DNA of 64,000 bases, taken from contig CAVZSQ010000022.1 of NCBI GenBank assembly GCA_963777955.1, positions 448,001-512,000 of the forward strand, read 5' to 3'. The translations under genes were made by a program, and so were the position numbers. Positions 23,044 to 33,647 of the stretch are shown here, one piece after another. A model generated the notes under the pieces. That model saw only the letters and a program-made list of their open reading frames with translations. It ran no database searches and had not been told where the DNA came from. Position 1 is the stretch's first letter. Every line of letters starts with the position of its first letter. This DNA comes from Calditrichia bacterium. GTDB taxonomy: Bacteria; Calditrichota; Calditrichia; JAJRVZ01.

Positions 23044-24592
23044 ATGGGTCCGCGATTCTATTTTGAACTGCCGGCTGACTGGAAGTATAACGATCTATAT
23101 CATAGTCTGCAGCAGAAATTTTCGTTACAGTCACTGGCCAGCCAGCGCGGAATGATCAGGTATTATGACAGTTTTGACTGGCGGTTGCATTTAAACCGGT
23201 TGATATTGGCCTGGGACGGGAAGTATTTGTTTTTAATGCCGGTTGATCCCGGCTATACTGAAATCAGTTGCCGCTATGAACAGGAACCCAAACTTGTGCA
23301 GGATTTGCCGGCAGGTCCGCTTCGCCACAAAATAATTTCCATCATCGAGTTTCGTGCCCTACTCCCGGTGATCGCCATTAAGCAGGATGCCCGGACCTTG
23401 AAATTTTTGAATCAGGAAGACAAGACAGTATGTTATGGATTTTATGAAAGAAATAGTGTCAGCGCTGCCGGAGCCGGGAAACGGCTTAAACCGGTATTCT
23501 GTCTGGTTCCTTTAAAAGGGTATAGCAAATGGATTGATTATTTAGTTGAATGGTTACAGAACAGCGGCTGTCAGCAGATTAAACAGGATATTTATTATCA
23601 AGCCTTGCAGAAGGTACGAATCAGCCCGGGCAGTTACACGGCAAAAGTGACAGGTCCGTTATCCGGTGAAATTAGTATGCCGCGGGCAGTCCAGCTGCTA
23701 CTGCAACGAGCTGCTGACTATTTCGGGAATTAATGAAACGGGAATACAAAAAGATATCGATACTGAATTTTTGCATGATTTCAGGGTGGCGATACGACGG
23801 ATCCGCAGTTTACTGGGGAATTTACAGGAATTTATGACCGAAGGGGTTTACCGTCGCGCCAGGAAAGATTTCACATTATTGATAAAACTGACTAATTCCC
23901 GCCGTGATCTGGATATTTTTTTGCATAAGCAACCGGTCTATCTGCAAACACTTCCACCCCGCTACAGCTGCGTCATCATACCATTTTTTGATGATCTTAA
24001 AACCCGGCGGGAAAAGGAACAGAAAAAAATACTACAGTATTTAACTTCCCCGGCATATCAAAAAAATAAAAAATACTGGAATGATTCAGTGCAAAAAACC
24101 TCCGTTCTACTACGCAGAACAGGTTATAAATCCCTAAAAATTCAGGAAGTAGCGGAGCAGATAATATTCAATCGATATAAAAAAGTAGTGCGCTTCAACC
24201 GTAACCTGCCGGCTGTGCTGGCCGATGAATATTTACACCGGGTGAGAATCGAATGTAAAAAATTACGCTATGTTCTCGAATTTTTTCAGTCGCTATTCGA
24301 TATAAAACCGGTAAAGAGTCTGGTCAGAAAACTGCGGGAGTTGCAGGATACTCTGGGTGAATATAATGACCTGCGTCTCCAGCAAAGCCGCCTGAAAACC
24401 TATTTAAACATTCAAACCCGGCGGGGAAAGACCGCGTCCAATTTGAACAAAGCGATAAATTTCCTGGTTACCAGGATTCAACTGCGGAAAAATGAATTAC
24501 AACTGATTTTCAGAGAACAGTTTGCTGATTTCTGTAAACCGCTGCGGCAACAGCAACTGGGAGAGATCTTTCACGGAACAAAAAAGTCATGA
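23044..24592 (+). CDS. CHAD-domain (polyphosphate-binding) protein, frameshifted near 23700
   Basis: DTEFLHDFRVAIRRIRS, RDLDIF, LHRVRIECKKLRYVLE, LQDTLG; N-terminal YYDSFDWRL. Confidence 0.82.
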
Positions 24593-25347
24593 CCGTTATT
24601 GCCGTTTACAATGTTAAAGGCGGAGTGGGTAAGACCGCCACGGCCGTTAATTTGTCTTATCTGGCCGCGCGTGAAGAAAAACGAGTCCTGCTGTGTGATC
24701 TGGATCCCCAGGGCTCGGCTTCATTTTATTTTCGCATCAAACCTAAAGTCAAATCGGGTTTCAAGGTTCTGGTCAAGGGGGGTAAAAAACTGCTGGCCGG
24801 TATCAAGGCCACGGACTATCCGAATCTGGATTTGCTGCCGGCAGATTTTTCATTCCGCAATCTGGATCTGGTACTGGAACAGGTCAAACGCTCAAAAAAA
24901 CGATTGCGGGAGAGTCTGGACAGCCTGGCCGATAATTATGATTTAATTTTTCTGGATTGTCCGCCCAATATCACACTGGTTTCAGAGAATATTTTTAATG
25001 CTGCAGATTTTTTGATCGTACCGGTAATACCGACCATCCTGGCCCAGCGGACGTTTGATAAACTTCTGGTTTTCCTGGATAAAAAAGATTTTCCGGCCGG
25101 CAGGGTACTCGCGTTTTTTTCAATGGTGGAATATAGAAAAAAGATGCATCAGAATTTACTGGAAACGATGAGCGAAAGATATAATTGCCTGTTAAAAAAT
25201 CAAATCCCCTTTTTATCGCTGATTGAAAAAATGGGAAATTACCGCGAACCGGTGCCGGCGCGTTTCCCGGGATCAGGGGCCGGACGGGCCTATTTAATTT
25301 TATGGAAAGAAATCAGAAAACAATTAGTGAAGAATAAAATGTGGTGA
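24589..25347 (+). CDS. ParA/Soj-family ATPase
   Basis: KGGVGKT deviant Walker A, DLDPQG, DCPP; ATGA overlap with the CHAD gene. Confidence 0.9.
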   Translation: MTVIAVYNVKGGVGKTATAVNLSYLAAREEKRVLLCDLDPQGSASFYFRIKPKVKSGFKVLVKGGKKLLAGIKATDYPNLDLLPADFSFRNLDLVLEQVKRSKKRLRESLDSLADNYDLIFLDCPPNITLVSENIFNAADFLIVPVIPTILAQRTFDKLLVFLDKKDFPAGRVLAFFSMVEYRKKMHQNLLETMSERYNCLLKNQIPFLSLIEKMGNYREPVPARFPGSGAGRAYLILWKEIRKQLVKNKMW

Positions 25348-25433
25348 ACCCGCAGATATTCTCGTGCAGTGGTGAGCAGAGGAATTATCTCAGGTTATTT
25401 TACATTTTATATTTGTAAATATAGAGGAGATAG

Positions 25434-26258
25434 ATGATGTCTGGCAAAGTGGTTTTACGCTTATTTCTGGCTCTCTTACTGACGCTGGCGGCGGCTTATT
25501 ATCAACGAAAAACCGGTCCCACTTATCCGCTCAAAGGCCTGCGGTCCTGGCAGGAGGTTCAGATCAGGTACAGTTTCGACCGGAGTCATGGTGGAGCAGG
25601 AGATCAACCTGTTGAAATAACAGTATCGGATACAACGGTCAAGGCCATGTTGATTTACCGCAGGCTTAGAAGTGAAGATGCCTGGACCGGTATGGTGATG
25701 AAAAAGGGAGAGCAGGGACAATATTCGGCGAGTTTACCCCATCAACCGCCTGCCGGGAAAATTGAGTATTTTATTCTGCTGCATAAAGCGGATCAGTCTA
25801 CGGTTCTTCCTGAAAACAATAGTGTGGTGACCCGTTTTAAAGGAGCAGTACCTGTCTCGGTATTGCTTCCGCATATTTTGTTGATGTTTTTGGCCATGTT
25901 ATTAAGCAACGCGGCCGGACTGGAAGCTTTGGTCAACGGCCAGCTGCTGAATAAATATGCCTTATGGACCACAATCTGTCTGTTTTTAGGCGGTATGATA
26001 CTGGGCCCGGTCGTGCAGAAATATGCTTTTGGTACATTCTGGAGCGGTATACCCTTTGGCTATGATTTGACCGATAACAAAACATTATTGACCATGCTGG
26101 TTTGGTTGATTGCCTTGTGGAAAGGATGGAGCAACCGGGCCCGCCGCACCTGGATAATTGTTGCCGCTGTAATCCTGTTGCTGGTCTTTTCGATTCCGCA
26201 CAGCATGATGGGTTCTGAATTGAATTATCAGACTGCAAAAATTGAGACCGGGAAATAA
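25434..26258 (+). CDS. Hypothetical membrane protein
   Basis: RKTGPTYP, HQPPAGK and DLTDNKTL motifs; several TM segments. Confidence 0.7.
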   Translation: MMSGKVVLRLFLALLLTLAAAYYQRKTGPTYPLKGLRSWQEVQIRYSFDRSHGGAGDQPVEITVSDTTVKAMLIYRRLRSEDAWTGMVMKKGEQGQYSASLPHQPPAGKIEYFILLHKADQSTVLPENNSVVTRFKGAVPVSVLLPHILLMFLAMLLSNAAGLEALVNGQLLNKYALWTTICLFLGGMILGPVVQKYAFGTFWSGIPFGYDLTDNKTLLTMLVWLIALWKGWSNRARRTWIIVAAVILLLVFSIPHSMMGSELNYQTAKIETGK

Positions 26259-26348
26259 TGTCGGGCAAAAGAAAGAGCATGATTGAAATTTATACCTAAA
26301 ATGCCTAATTTCTGATGACTACAATTTAATAGAAATATTGAGGTTGGC

Positions 26349-27629
26349 ATGAAAGTATTAGTCATCGGCGGCGGCGGACGGGAACATACCCTGGTCTGGA
26401 AAATTGCCCAGAGCCCTCTGGTAAAAAAAATATATTGTGCCCCGGGTAATCCTGGAATTGCCCGGCTGGCAGAAAATGTACCGATTGCTGCCAACCATAT
26501 TGACGCCCTGCTGAAATTTGCCCTGGATAATGGAATTGATCTTACGGTAGTCGGACCGGAAGATCCGCTGGTCGGAGGTATAGTAGATCGGTTCAGGGAA
26601 AAGGGCCTCAGGATATTTGGGCCGACCAGAGCCGCTGCCCGGATTGAGGGCAGTAAAGTTTTTGCCAAAAATTTAATGCAAAGATACAATATTCCAACAG
26701 CCGGTTATGCCGTGTTCACCGATCCGGAAACAGCCGGAGAGTATCTGGCCGGGCAGCAACATTATCCGCTGGTCATAAAAGCCAGCGGGCTTGCTGCCGG
26801 CAAAGGAGTAATCATCTGTCAGGATCAGACTGAGGCAATCCGGACCATTACCGAAATAATCTCAGGCAGGATCTTTGGTAATGCCGGCGACCAGGTAGTG
26901 ATCGAAGATTTCTTAAGCGGTGAGGAAGTATCGATTTTTGTCCTGACCGACGGTGTGTCCTACCAGTTATTATCATCGGCCCAGGATCATAAAAAAGTTT
27001 ATGACGAGGATCAGGGTAAAAATACCGGCGGTATGGGTGCCTATGCTCCTGCACCTTTGGCTGATGCAGGTTTGCTGCAGCAGGTGGAAAAAACCATCAT
27101 CCAACCAACCCTGCAGGCCATGCAAAAAGAAGGGTGCACCTATACAGGTATGCTTTATGTCGGATTGATCATCACGGCGGACGGACCGCAGGTATTGGAA
27201 TACAACTGCCGCTTTGGTGATCCGGAAACGGAAGTAGTTTTGCCTTTGCTTAAATCGGATCTCGTTCCGTTATTGCTGGCGACAACGAATAATACCATGA
27301 ACCAGCAAAAAGTTGAACTGCATTCCGGTTATGCCCTGGATGTTGTGCTGGCCTCAGGGGGATATCCGGATATTTATGAAAAGGGGAAGCTGATCAAAGG
27401 ATTAGAAGCTGTAGATCCTGATATATTTGTCTTTCATGCCGGAACAACCTTCCGGGATAATCATTTTTTCACCAGCGGCGGACGGGTTTTGAATGTAGTA
27501 GCCAGCGGAGTCGATTTTATGATCACGCGGGATCGCGTTTATGATAATGTTCAGCGTATCTGGTTTGAAAATATGCATTATCGCAGAGATATTGGTTACC
27601 GGGCGATCAAGTATTTGGCACAGGAATGA
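26349..27629 (+). CDS. purD: Phosphoribosylamine-glycine ligase
   Basis: GGGGREH, GLAAGKGV, NTGGMGAY, EYNCRFGDPE. Confidence 0.97.
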   Translation: MKVLVIGGGGREHTLVWKIAQSPLVKKIYCAPGNPGIARLAENVPIAANHIDALLKFALDNGIDLTVVGPEDPLVGGIVDRFREKGLRIFGPTRAAARIEGSKVFAKNLMQRYNIPTAGYAVFTDPETAGEYLAGQQHYPLVIKASGLAAGKGVIICQDQTEAIRTITEIISGRIFGNAGDQVVIEDFLSGEEVSIFVLTDGVSYQLLSSAQDHKKVYDEDQGKNTGGMGAYAPAPLADAGLLQQVEKTIIQPTLQAMQKEGCTYTGMLYVGLIITADGPQVLEYNCRFGDPETEVVLPLLKSDLVPLLLATTNNTMNQQKVELHSGYALDVVLASGGYPDIYEKGKLIKGLEAVDPDIFVFHAGTTFRDNHFFTSGGRVLNVVASGVDFMITRDRVYDNVQRIWFENMHYRRDIGYRAIKYLAQE

Positions 27630-27673
27630 ACTCGACAACGGATACTTATCAACTTTAATGAAGGCAGTTTCTT

Positions 27674-28498
27674 ATGAAAGAATTCTTGAAACGGGCAACT
27701 GTGGCAGTATTGGGCATTCCATTGATTGTATATCTCACTTACCGGGGAGGCTGGTTCTGGTTCGCATTTATCCTGATCGTATCGACAGTCGGTCACTGGG
27801 AATTTTACCGGTTCCAGCAGAATAAAAATATTCATCCGCAAACTTTCAGCGGCATACTGACCGGAATTCTGCTGCTGGTCGGCATACAAACCGGCAGATG
27901 GCTGTTTGCCGGTCTGGTCCTGGCCTTTGGCTTGATGCTGATCCTGGCGGCGGAGATGTGGCGGAAAGATCCCAAGGCCAGCACTAACAGCGGGGTCACC
28001 ATACTGGGTATTATATATATACCTGTCTTTTTAGGTTGTTTATTGTATCTGAGAACCTATGCCGATATCATCGGGCGCTCATTGCCGGCGGCAGGTTTTA
28101 AATTTACTATGGTGGTGCTGGTATCGATCTGGATGGCCGATACGTTCGCGTATATCTTTGGGACATGGTTAGGGCGGCATAAACTATTTGTCAAGGTTTC
28201 CCCCAATAAAAGTATAGAAGGCGCCGTATTCGGATTTATCGGCAGCGTACTGATTTTTGTGCTGGCCTATCGTACTGGCATTCTGCCGATAGGTTTGACC
28301 AATAGCCTGGTTTTTGGAGTGAGTCTGGGAATCATTGCCCAGCTGGGGGATCTGGTGGAATCATGGTTCAAAAGGGATGGCGCTGTGAAGGACTCGTCAG
28401 GAATTTTCCCGGGCCAGGGCGGGATGCTGGATATTTTTGATGGATTAATCTATTCGTCGCCGTTGATACTGATATTAACCTATTTATTACTAGGTTAA
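27674..28498 (+). CDS. cdsA: Phosphatidate cytidylyltransferase
   Basis: SPNKSIEG, GDLVESWFKR...KDSSGIFPGQGG.LD. Confidence 0.92.
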   Translation: MKEFLKRATVAVLGIPLIVYLTYRGGWFWFAFILIVSTVGHWEFYRFQQNKNIHPQTFSGILTGILLLVGIQTGRWLFAGLVLAFGLMLILAAEMWRKDPKASTNSGVTILGIIYIPVFLGCLLYLRTYADIIGRSLPAAGFKFTMVVLVSIWMADTFAYIFGTWLGRHKLFVKVSPNKSIEGAVFGFIGSVLIFVLAYRTGILPIGLTNSLVFGVSLGIIAQLGDLVESWFKRDGAVKDSSGIFPGQGGMLDIFDGLIYSSPLILILTYLLLG

Positions 28499-28499
28499 T

Positions 28500-28730
28500 T
28501 AGGACCTTAGTCCCTGAGTCCCAGTCCTGAGTACCTGAGTACCTGAGAATACAAAGATTAATAGTGGAAAGATTTAAGAATCAAGAAGTTACGGAGTACT
28601 GATGCCGGAGGCATCAAATGTTTGTAGAAAACCAGGCTAACCTACCCCTATGTCCCCTCCCTTATATATAAGGGAGGGGATTCAGGGGTGGGTCATCCTC
28701 AGAGTGAACTAGGGGACTCAGGGGACTTAC
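28500..28730. repeat. Mosaic of short tandem repeats and a REP-like hairpin
   Basis: GTCCCTGA/GTACCTGA-type units at 28510-28547, inverted TAGGGGAC/TCAGGGGAC at 28710-28727, and hairpin TCCCCTCCCTTA-TATA-TAAGGGAGGGGA at 28653-28680. Confidence 0.65.
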
Positions 28731-28819
28731 ATGGTACTTTGTATTTCACAAGAGACTGAATCTAAAGAGTATTCTTATCTTACTCGATAATTGAATATAG
28801 ATGTAACAGGAGTTAATAA

Positions 28820-29917
28820 ATGACCGATGAGAGAAAACGTGTTCTGGTAGTGGATGATGAAGATGATCTGACCTGGTCCATTTCCAAACATCTGGCTAAA
28901 GATAAAGACAGATATGAATTAATCTGTGTACATAGCGGGAAGAAAGCATTGGAAGTGCTTTCCCAGTTGCCGGTACAACTGGTGATCAGCGATATCCGCA
29001 TGCCCGAGATCTCCGGTCTGGATCTGCTGGTCAAGATCAAAGACTTTTACCCGACGACCAAAGTGATTATCATGACGGCCTACGGTTCTTCGGAAGTTCA
29101 TGATGAAGCAAATGCCCGCGGTTGCTTTAAGTATATTGAAAAACCCTTCGAAATAAATGAATTGCGCAAACTTATTCTGGAAGGTATTGAGGAAAAGAAA
29201 GGATTCCGCGGTACCGTTACCGATTTTCATCTCAGTGATCTGATTCAAATGAATTGCCTGGGCAGGATAACCGCTGCCCTGTATGTAACCCGTGACGATA
29301 ATAAAGGGTGTATTTATTTCCATGAGGGGAATGTGGTGCATGCCGAATGTGAGGATCTGGACGGGGAGAATGCACTGTACGAGATGTTAGCCTGGGAAGG
29401 GGGCAGTTTCTCCAGTGAACGGGGTAAAGCGGCCCCGAAAGAGACAATTGTGAAAGGCTGGCAGAGTCTCTTACTGGAAGGCATGCGCAGGATCGATGAA
29501 CTGCAACCTGCCCATAAAACAGAGATGGCCCAGAAACGCGATCTGACCATGAGTAAAATCTATACCATCCTGGATCATTTGGTAACGATCAACGGAGTTA
29601 TACTGGTTTCTGTTTTTGATCCGGAAGGTTTCCCCCTGGCTTCGAAGTTCAGCGAAAAAGCAGGGAACAGTTACAACATGAATGAGATAACGCCGATACT
29701 GTCCAATCTGGTCAAACAACTGGATTCAGTCGGTGAAGACTTAAAACTGGACCTAACCAAAGATATCACCCTGGAGTTTGCCAAAGGTATTGTGATAATG
29801 ACGCGCATCCATGAACGCAAAGAGTTCCTGATTATCATTGCCGAGAATGCTAAATATCTGAGCGTACTGCATGTAGAGACCAAAAAATATCACCGTGACC
29901 TGGCAAAAATATTGTAG
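28820..29917 (+). CDS. Response regulator with DUF4388 and roadblock-like domains
   Basis: VVDD, SDIRMP, TAYG and KPF receiver motifs; LSDLIQM...G.IYF..G.VVHA...GENALYEMLAW.GG.F; C-terminal roadblock-like pattern. Confidence 0.82.
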   Translation: MTDERKRVLVVDDEDDLTWSISKHLAKDKDRYELICVHSGKKALEVLSQLPVQLVISDIRMPEISGLDLLVKIKDFYPTTKVIIMTAYGSSEVHDEANARGCFKYIEKPFEINELRKLILEGIEEKKGFRGTVTDFHLSDLIQMNCLGRITAALYVTRDDNKGCIYFHEGNVVHAECEDLDGENALYEMLAWEGGSFSSERGKAAPKETIVKGWQSLLLEGMRRIDELQPAHKTEMAQKRDLTMSKIYTILDHLVTINGVILVSVFDPEGFPLASKFSEKAGNSYNMNEITPILSNLVKQLDSVGEDLKLDLTKDITLEFAKGIVIMTRIHERKEFLIIIAENAKYLSVLHVETKKYHRDLAKIL

Positions 29918-29970
29918 CCATTATCCGCACACCCTGATCCTGCCGGGATATTTAACGAATGCCGGGAGCA

Positions 29971-30994
29971 ATGTCTAAAATATTTGAAAAATTCATAAAA
30001 AGAACAATTATCTTTTTTTTAAGGTTATTTTTCCCGCAAAATTCCCAAACCCGGATTCCGCGCAGACTATATTTCATTCAATCGCGTTCTGATTTTCAGA
30101 CTGGATAACCGGCTGGGCAATTCCATTCTGATCCTGTCACTGGTGCAGGCCATCAAACGCCGGGCGCCGCAAGTTCAAATCGATGTCATGATGACATCCC
30201 GGTTTATGGAAATTTATCAGCAGCACCCCGCTATTCATGAATTAATTCCGTATGATCAGAACTATTTATTCTCCAGACCCTGGCGTTATTTGTACTTGTT
30301 GAAAAATTTACGGCGCCGGAAGTACGACATTGTTTTTTCATCCAGCAATCCTAATGCTTTTTCCCTTTCACAGGCACTGCTGAGCCGCTTAATGGCCGCA
30401 AAGCATGCGGTCGGTTTCGATTGGCAGCAGAGCAGCCGGATTTATACCGATGTGGTCAAAGGTAATACTCAAATTCATTATGCGGCGGCTCAGGTCGATC
30501 TGTGGCGATATTTCGATCCGCAGGCTGAATCTGAAAGGCCCCGTCTCTATCTCAGCCTGGAGGATAAACCGCCGGCAAATAAATTATTATTCTGGTTAGG
30601 AGCGACCGGAAATAAAAAATTACCGGCAGAGCTGATAATAAAATTGATAAATTTATTTTCCGGATCGGGTATTAATTTTGATCTGGCGGCGGGTCCAGCC
30701 GATCGTGGAATCATTGAAATCCTGTCGTCGGAGTTTCAGCAGCAGGTCTTGATCCTGACCGGATCAGTGAGAGAGACAGCCGCTTTTTTTAAAAATTATA
30801 AAGTAATCTGTATACCCGATACGGGTCCACTGCATCTGGCTGCCGCCCTGAACATCCCGCTGATCCAGGTGTTTACCGGTTCAAATAGTACCTGGTATGC
30901 CTACCAGGGCGAAGACTTTTTGCTGATCGATAAAGTTCTGGAGGCCAGGACCGTACAATCATTTCTCCTTAAATATTTTCCTGCAAATATTTGA
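29971..30994 (+). CDS. Glycosyltransferase family 9 (heptosyltransferase-like), frameshifted near 30070
   Basis: RLDNRLGNSIL in frame upstream of ORF 30143; DTGPLHLAAAL; ATG at 29971 lies in another frame. Confidence 0.8.
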
Positions 30995-31010
30995 TCCCGT
31001 TCCTGTTTTG

Positions 31011-31026
31011 TGGAATGTGAATTGCA
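31011..31026 (+). promoter_or_regulatory. Possible sigma-54 (-24/-12) promoter
   Basis: TGGAATGTGAATTGCA with GG-N10-GC spacing upstream of radC. Confidence 0.4.
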
Positions 31027-31146
31027 TACTAAAAATAGTCCAAATAGGATTCTTTGAGCAGAGGTATGTTCAGGCACATAATAACCATCTACAGCTCAGT
31101 TATGAACGCACAAACAATCCGAAAACGCACAGGATTTTAATTAAAT

Positions 31147-31881
31147 TTGCGGGATAGTATGACCAGGAAAATATGTGAACCACGGCCCCGATCGGTATCA
31201 ATCAAGAACTGGCCAGCGGGTGAACGGCCCAGGGAAAAGATGATAACTCTGGGTATTGAAAATTTAACCTCGGCCGAGTTGCTGGCCGTGCTGGTCTCCA
31301 GCGGTACCGGTCGTTTAAATGCCCTGGATATCGGTAAAGAACTGCTCCGGCATTTTGAAACACTGCAGCAACTGGCGGTTGCCTCACGGTCTGAATTAAT
31401 GAAGGTGGAAGGTATCGGCCAGGCCAAGGCCCTGATTTTGCAGGCGGCCTTTCAACTTTCACGAAATATGCAGCGGGATATGGCTCAGCAGAAGTTTCAT
31501 TTTTTTAAGCAGCCCGGAGATGTGGCCCGGTTCTTTATTCCGCAGATTGGCCATCTCAAGCAGGAAGTTTTTATCAGTGCCCTGTTGGACAGCGCCGGGA
31601 GATACCTTCACAGTGAAACCATCTTCAAGGGCACTTTGAATGCCTCATTAGTTCATCCCCGTGAAGTTTTTAAATCGGCAATACGCTTTTCGGCAGCCAG
31701 TATCATTTTGATTCATAATCATCCATCCGGTCAACTGCTGGCCAGTCCGGAGGATCTGCGGGTGACCCGGCAGTTGATCGCCACCGGCAAGGTACTGGAA
31801 ATTCCGGTTCAGGATCATTTGATCATTGCCGATGATAAATATATCAGTTTAAGAGAGGAGGGGGGTGTATTTGGTGAGTAA
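31147..31881 (+). CDS. radC: RadC/JAB-domain protein
   Basis: ERPREK, VHPREVF, HNHPSG, DHLII. Confidence 0.93.
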   Translation: MRDSMTRKICEPRPRSVSIKNWPAGERPREKMITLGIENLTSAELLAVLVSSGTGRLNALDIGKELLRHFETLQQLAVASRSELMKVEGIGQAKALILQAAFQLSRNMQRDMAQQKFHFFKQPGDVARFFIPQIGHLKQEVFISALLDSAGRYLHSETIFKGTLNASLVHPREVFKSAIRFSAASIILIHNHPSGQLLASPEDLRVTRQLIATGKVLEIPVQDHLIIADDKYISLREEGGVFGE

Positions 31882-31887
31882 CCGGAC

Positions 31888-31920
31888 CCACCTCCGAGGT
31901 TTAGAGAACCTCGGAGGTGG
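31888..31920. repeat. Perfect 14-bp inverted repeat (REP-like element or terminator)
   Basis: CCACCTCCGAGGTT-TAGAG-AACCTCGGAGGTGG immediately after the radC stop. Confidence 0.75.
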
Positions 31921-32147
31921 ATGGTAGTCAAACAAATAAAATTTGTATTAGAATGGTACAATCATTACTTTTGCCAATATTTTGGTACAACCATTTAAAA
32001 ATCAATTCAAACAGAACACAGCTACCAGTTAAGGTGAAACAAAACCGGCTGCGGTTCGTAGCAGGTGTAAGGAATAAATACGCCATATATTAAGGTTCAC
32101 ATATCAGGATACACCGGTTTGAGTTATCAGATTATTTTTATCAATAA

Positions 32148-33098
32148 ATGCGGGATATGACTCAGGATTTAACTTATACTGAACAGGAAAGACGATTTCC
32201 ACGACCGACGGATCTGATAACTATCGGCTATCAGTTGATCGTGCTGTTTATAATTTTGCTGAATTTCCGGGCGATTCATAACGTATTTTATTTTGTTTTA
32301 TTTCATATCATGGTCGTCATTTTTTTATACTGGTTAGCCTTCACTGATGATTCCCCGTTTTTTAAATGGCTTAAAAACTGGAATATTATTCTGATCGTTC
32401 CGATGAATTATAGCGAATTACATTATCTGGTGCATAATGTTCATCCCAGGGATTTTGATAACCTGCTGATGCAGATTGACTACCGGTTTTTCGGTTTGCA
32501 TCCTACAGTCTGGATGGAGTCATGGATCAATCCCTGGTTAACTGAATATTTACAGATTGTCTATGCCAGTTTTTATTTTTTACCGATTGTGCTGGCGGTA
32601 TATTTACTAAGGAAAAACCGACAGTCTGATTTTAACTACTTTGTCTATGTTATCGTTCTGGGATATTACGCCTCCTACCTGGGTTATTTTACGGTACCGG
32701 CCTTAGGTCCGCGTTTTACCCTGGATCATTTACAAAATGTTCCTCTCAGTGGCATATGGATGGCGGAAATTCTGCGGGATACTCTGAATAAACTCGAATC
32801 CATTCAGCGTGATGCTTTTCCCAGTGGTCATACGGTGATTACCTTACTCACCATGTGGTATGCCAGGAAATATTCTAAAACATATTTTTGGATTTTGATG
32901 GTTATCGGGACCAGTCTGGTTTTTTCCACGGTATATCTGCGCTATCATTATGTTGTTGATGTACTGGCAGGATTTGTACTGACGGGACTGGTTCTGGCTG
33001 TTGCCCCGTTATTGTACAGAAAATTGCAGGAGTTGCCCCTCATCTTCGCAAAAACAATGATTTATTTCAGGACTTCCACGGAAGATGAACAAGCATAA
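32148..33098 (+). CDS. PAP2-family membrane protein (Aur1/IPC-synthase-like)
   Basis: PALGPR, DAFPSGH, STVYLRYHYVVDV. Confidence 0.85.
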   Translation: MRDMTQDLTYTEQERRFPRPTDLITIGYQLIVLFIILLNFRAIHNVFYFVLFHIMVVIFLYWLAFTDDSPFFKWLKNWNIILIVPMNYSELHYLVHNVHPRDFDNLLMQIDYRFFGLHPTVWMESWINPWLTEYLQIVYASFYFLPIVLAVYLLRKNRQSDFNYFVYVIVLGYYASYLGYFTVPALGPRFTLDHLQNVPLSGIWMAEILRDTLNKLESIQRDAFPSGHTVITLLTMWYARKYSKTYFWILMVIGTSLVFSTVYLRYHYVVDVLAGFVLTGLVLAVAPLLYRKLQELPLIFAKTMIYFRTSTEDEQA

Positions 33099-33230
33099 TT
33101 AATCCAATTGTATTTTATCTCTACCTATTTCAATTAATTTCCCTATAATTCCGAATTATTAAAAAAAAATAAACAATTTTCTTAAAACTAAGAAGGTTGT
33201 ATCCGGCGCACATTTGAGCAAGTTAAGTAA

Positions 33231-33295
33231 TATTAACAGGTTAAAGATGGTGATCAAACATTAAAAAACCAATTTATAATGGCATTTTAATTGCA
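33231..33295 (+). promoter_or_regulatory. Sigma-54 promoter with upstream IHF-like site
   Basis: TGGCATTTTAATTGCA at 33280-33295; TATTAACAGGTTA at 33231-33243 is one mismatch from WATCAANNNNTTR. Confidence 0.55.
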
Positions 33296-33343
33296 GGATG
33301 AGAGAATACTTAACCATATTATGATTAACTGGGACAATCTGAA

Positions 33344-33535
33344 GTGGAAGAGAAAAAATACAAATTAATGACCCTCAAGGAGGCTGCTGAGTATCTGCGC
33401 ATGCATAAGGGCAGTCTGTACCGTCTTTTAGAAAGCGGTAAAACCGATATCCCGGCCATGAAATTAGGGGGTAAATGGTTGTTTAACCTGGAAAGTTTAA
33501 ACAAATATTTACTGGAAAAAGAAGCGCACCATTAA
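33344..33535 (+). CDS. Excisionase-type (HTH_17) DNA-binding protein
   Basis: LMTLKEAAEYL...SLYRL...IPAMKLGGKWLF. Confidence 0.85.
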   Translation: MEEKKYKLMTLKEAAEYLRMHKGSLYRLLESGKTDIPAMKLGGKWLFNLESLNKYLLEKEAHH

Positions 33536-33647
33536 AAATTCTGCTAATGGCAGGCCGATACTAATCAGAACAATAAGTTTATCTTGTTAATCTTTCCGAA
33601 TATCGATAATTTTACATTCATCGCAGACTTATAAGGTTAAAGTACTC

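Noticed and set aside
24589..25347. Plasmid or chromosome partition locus
   Set aside because: No parB, parS or replication gene nearby
31147..31881. radC as a mobile-element marker
   Set aside because: Full-length chromosomal type with N-terminal HhH region in a core-gene context
33344..33535. Prophage or ICE excisionase
   Set aside because: No integrase or phage genes nearby; flanked by housekeeping genes
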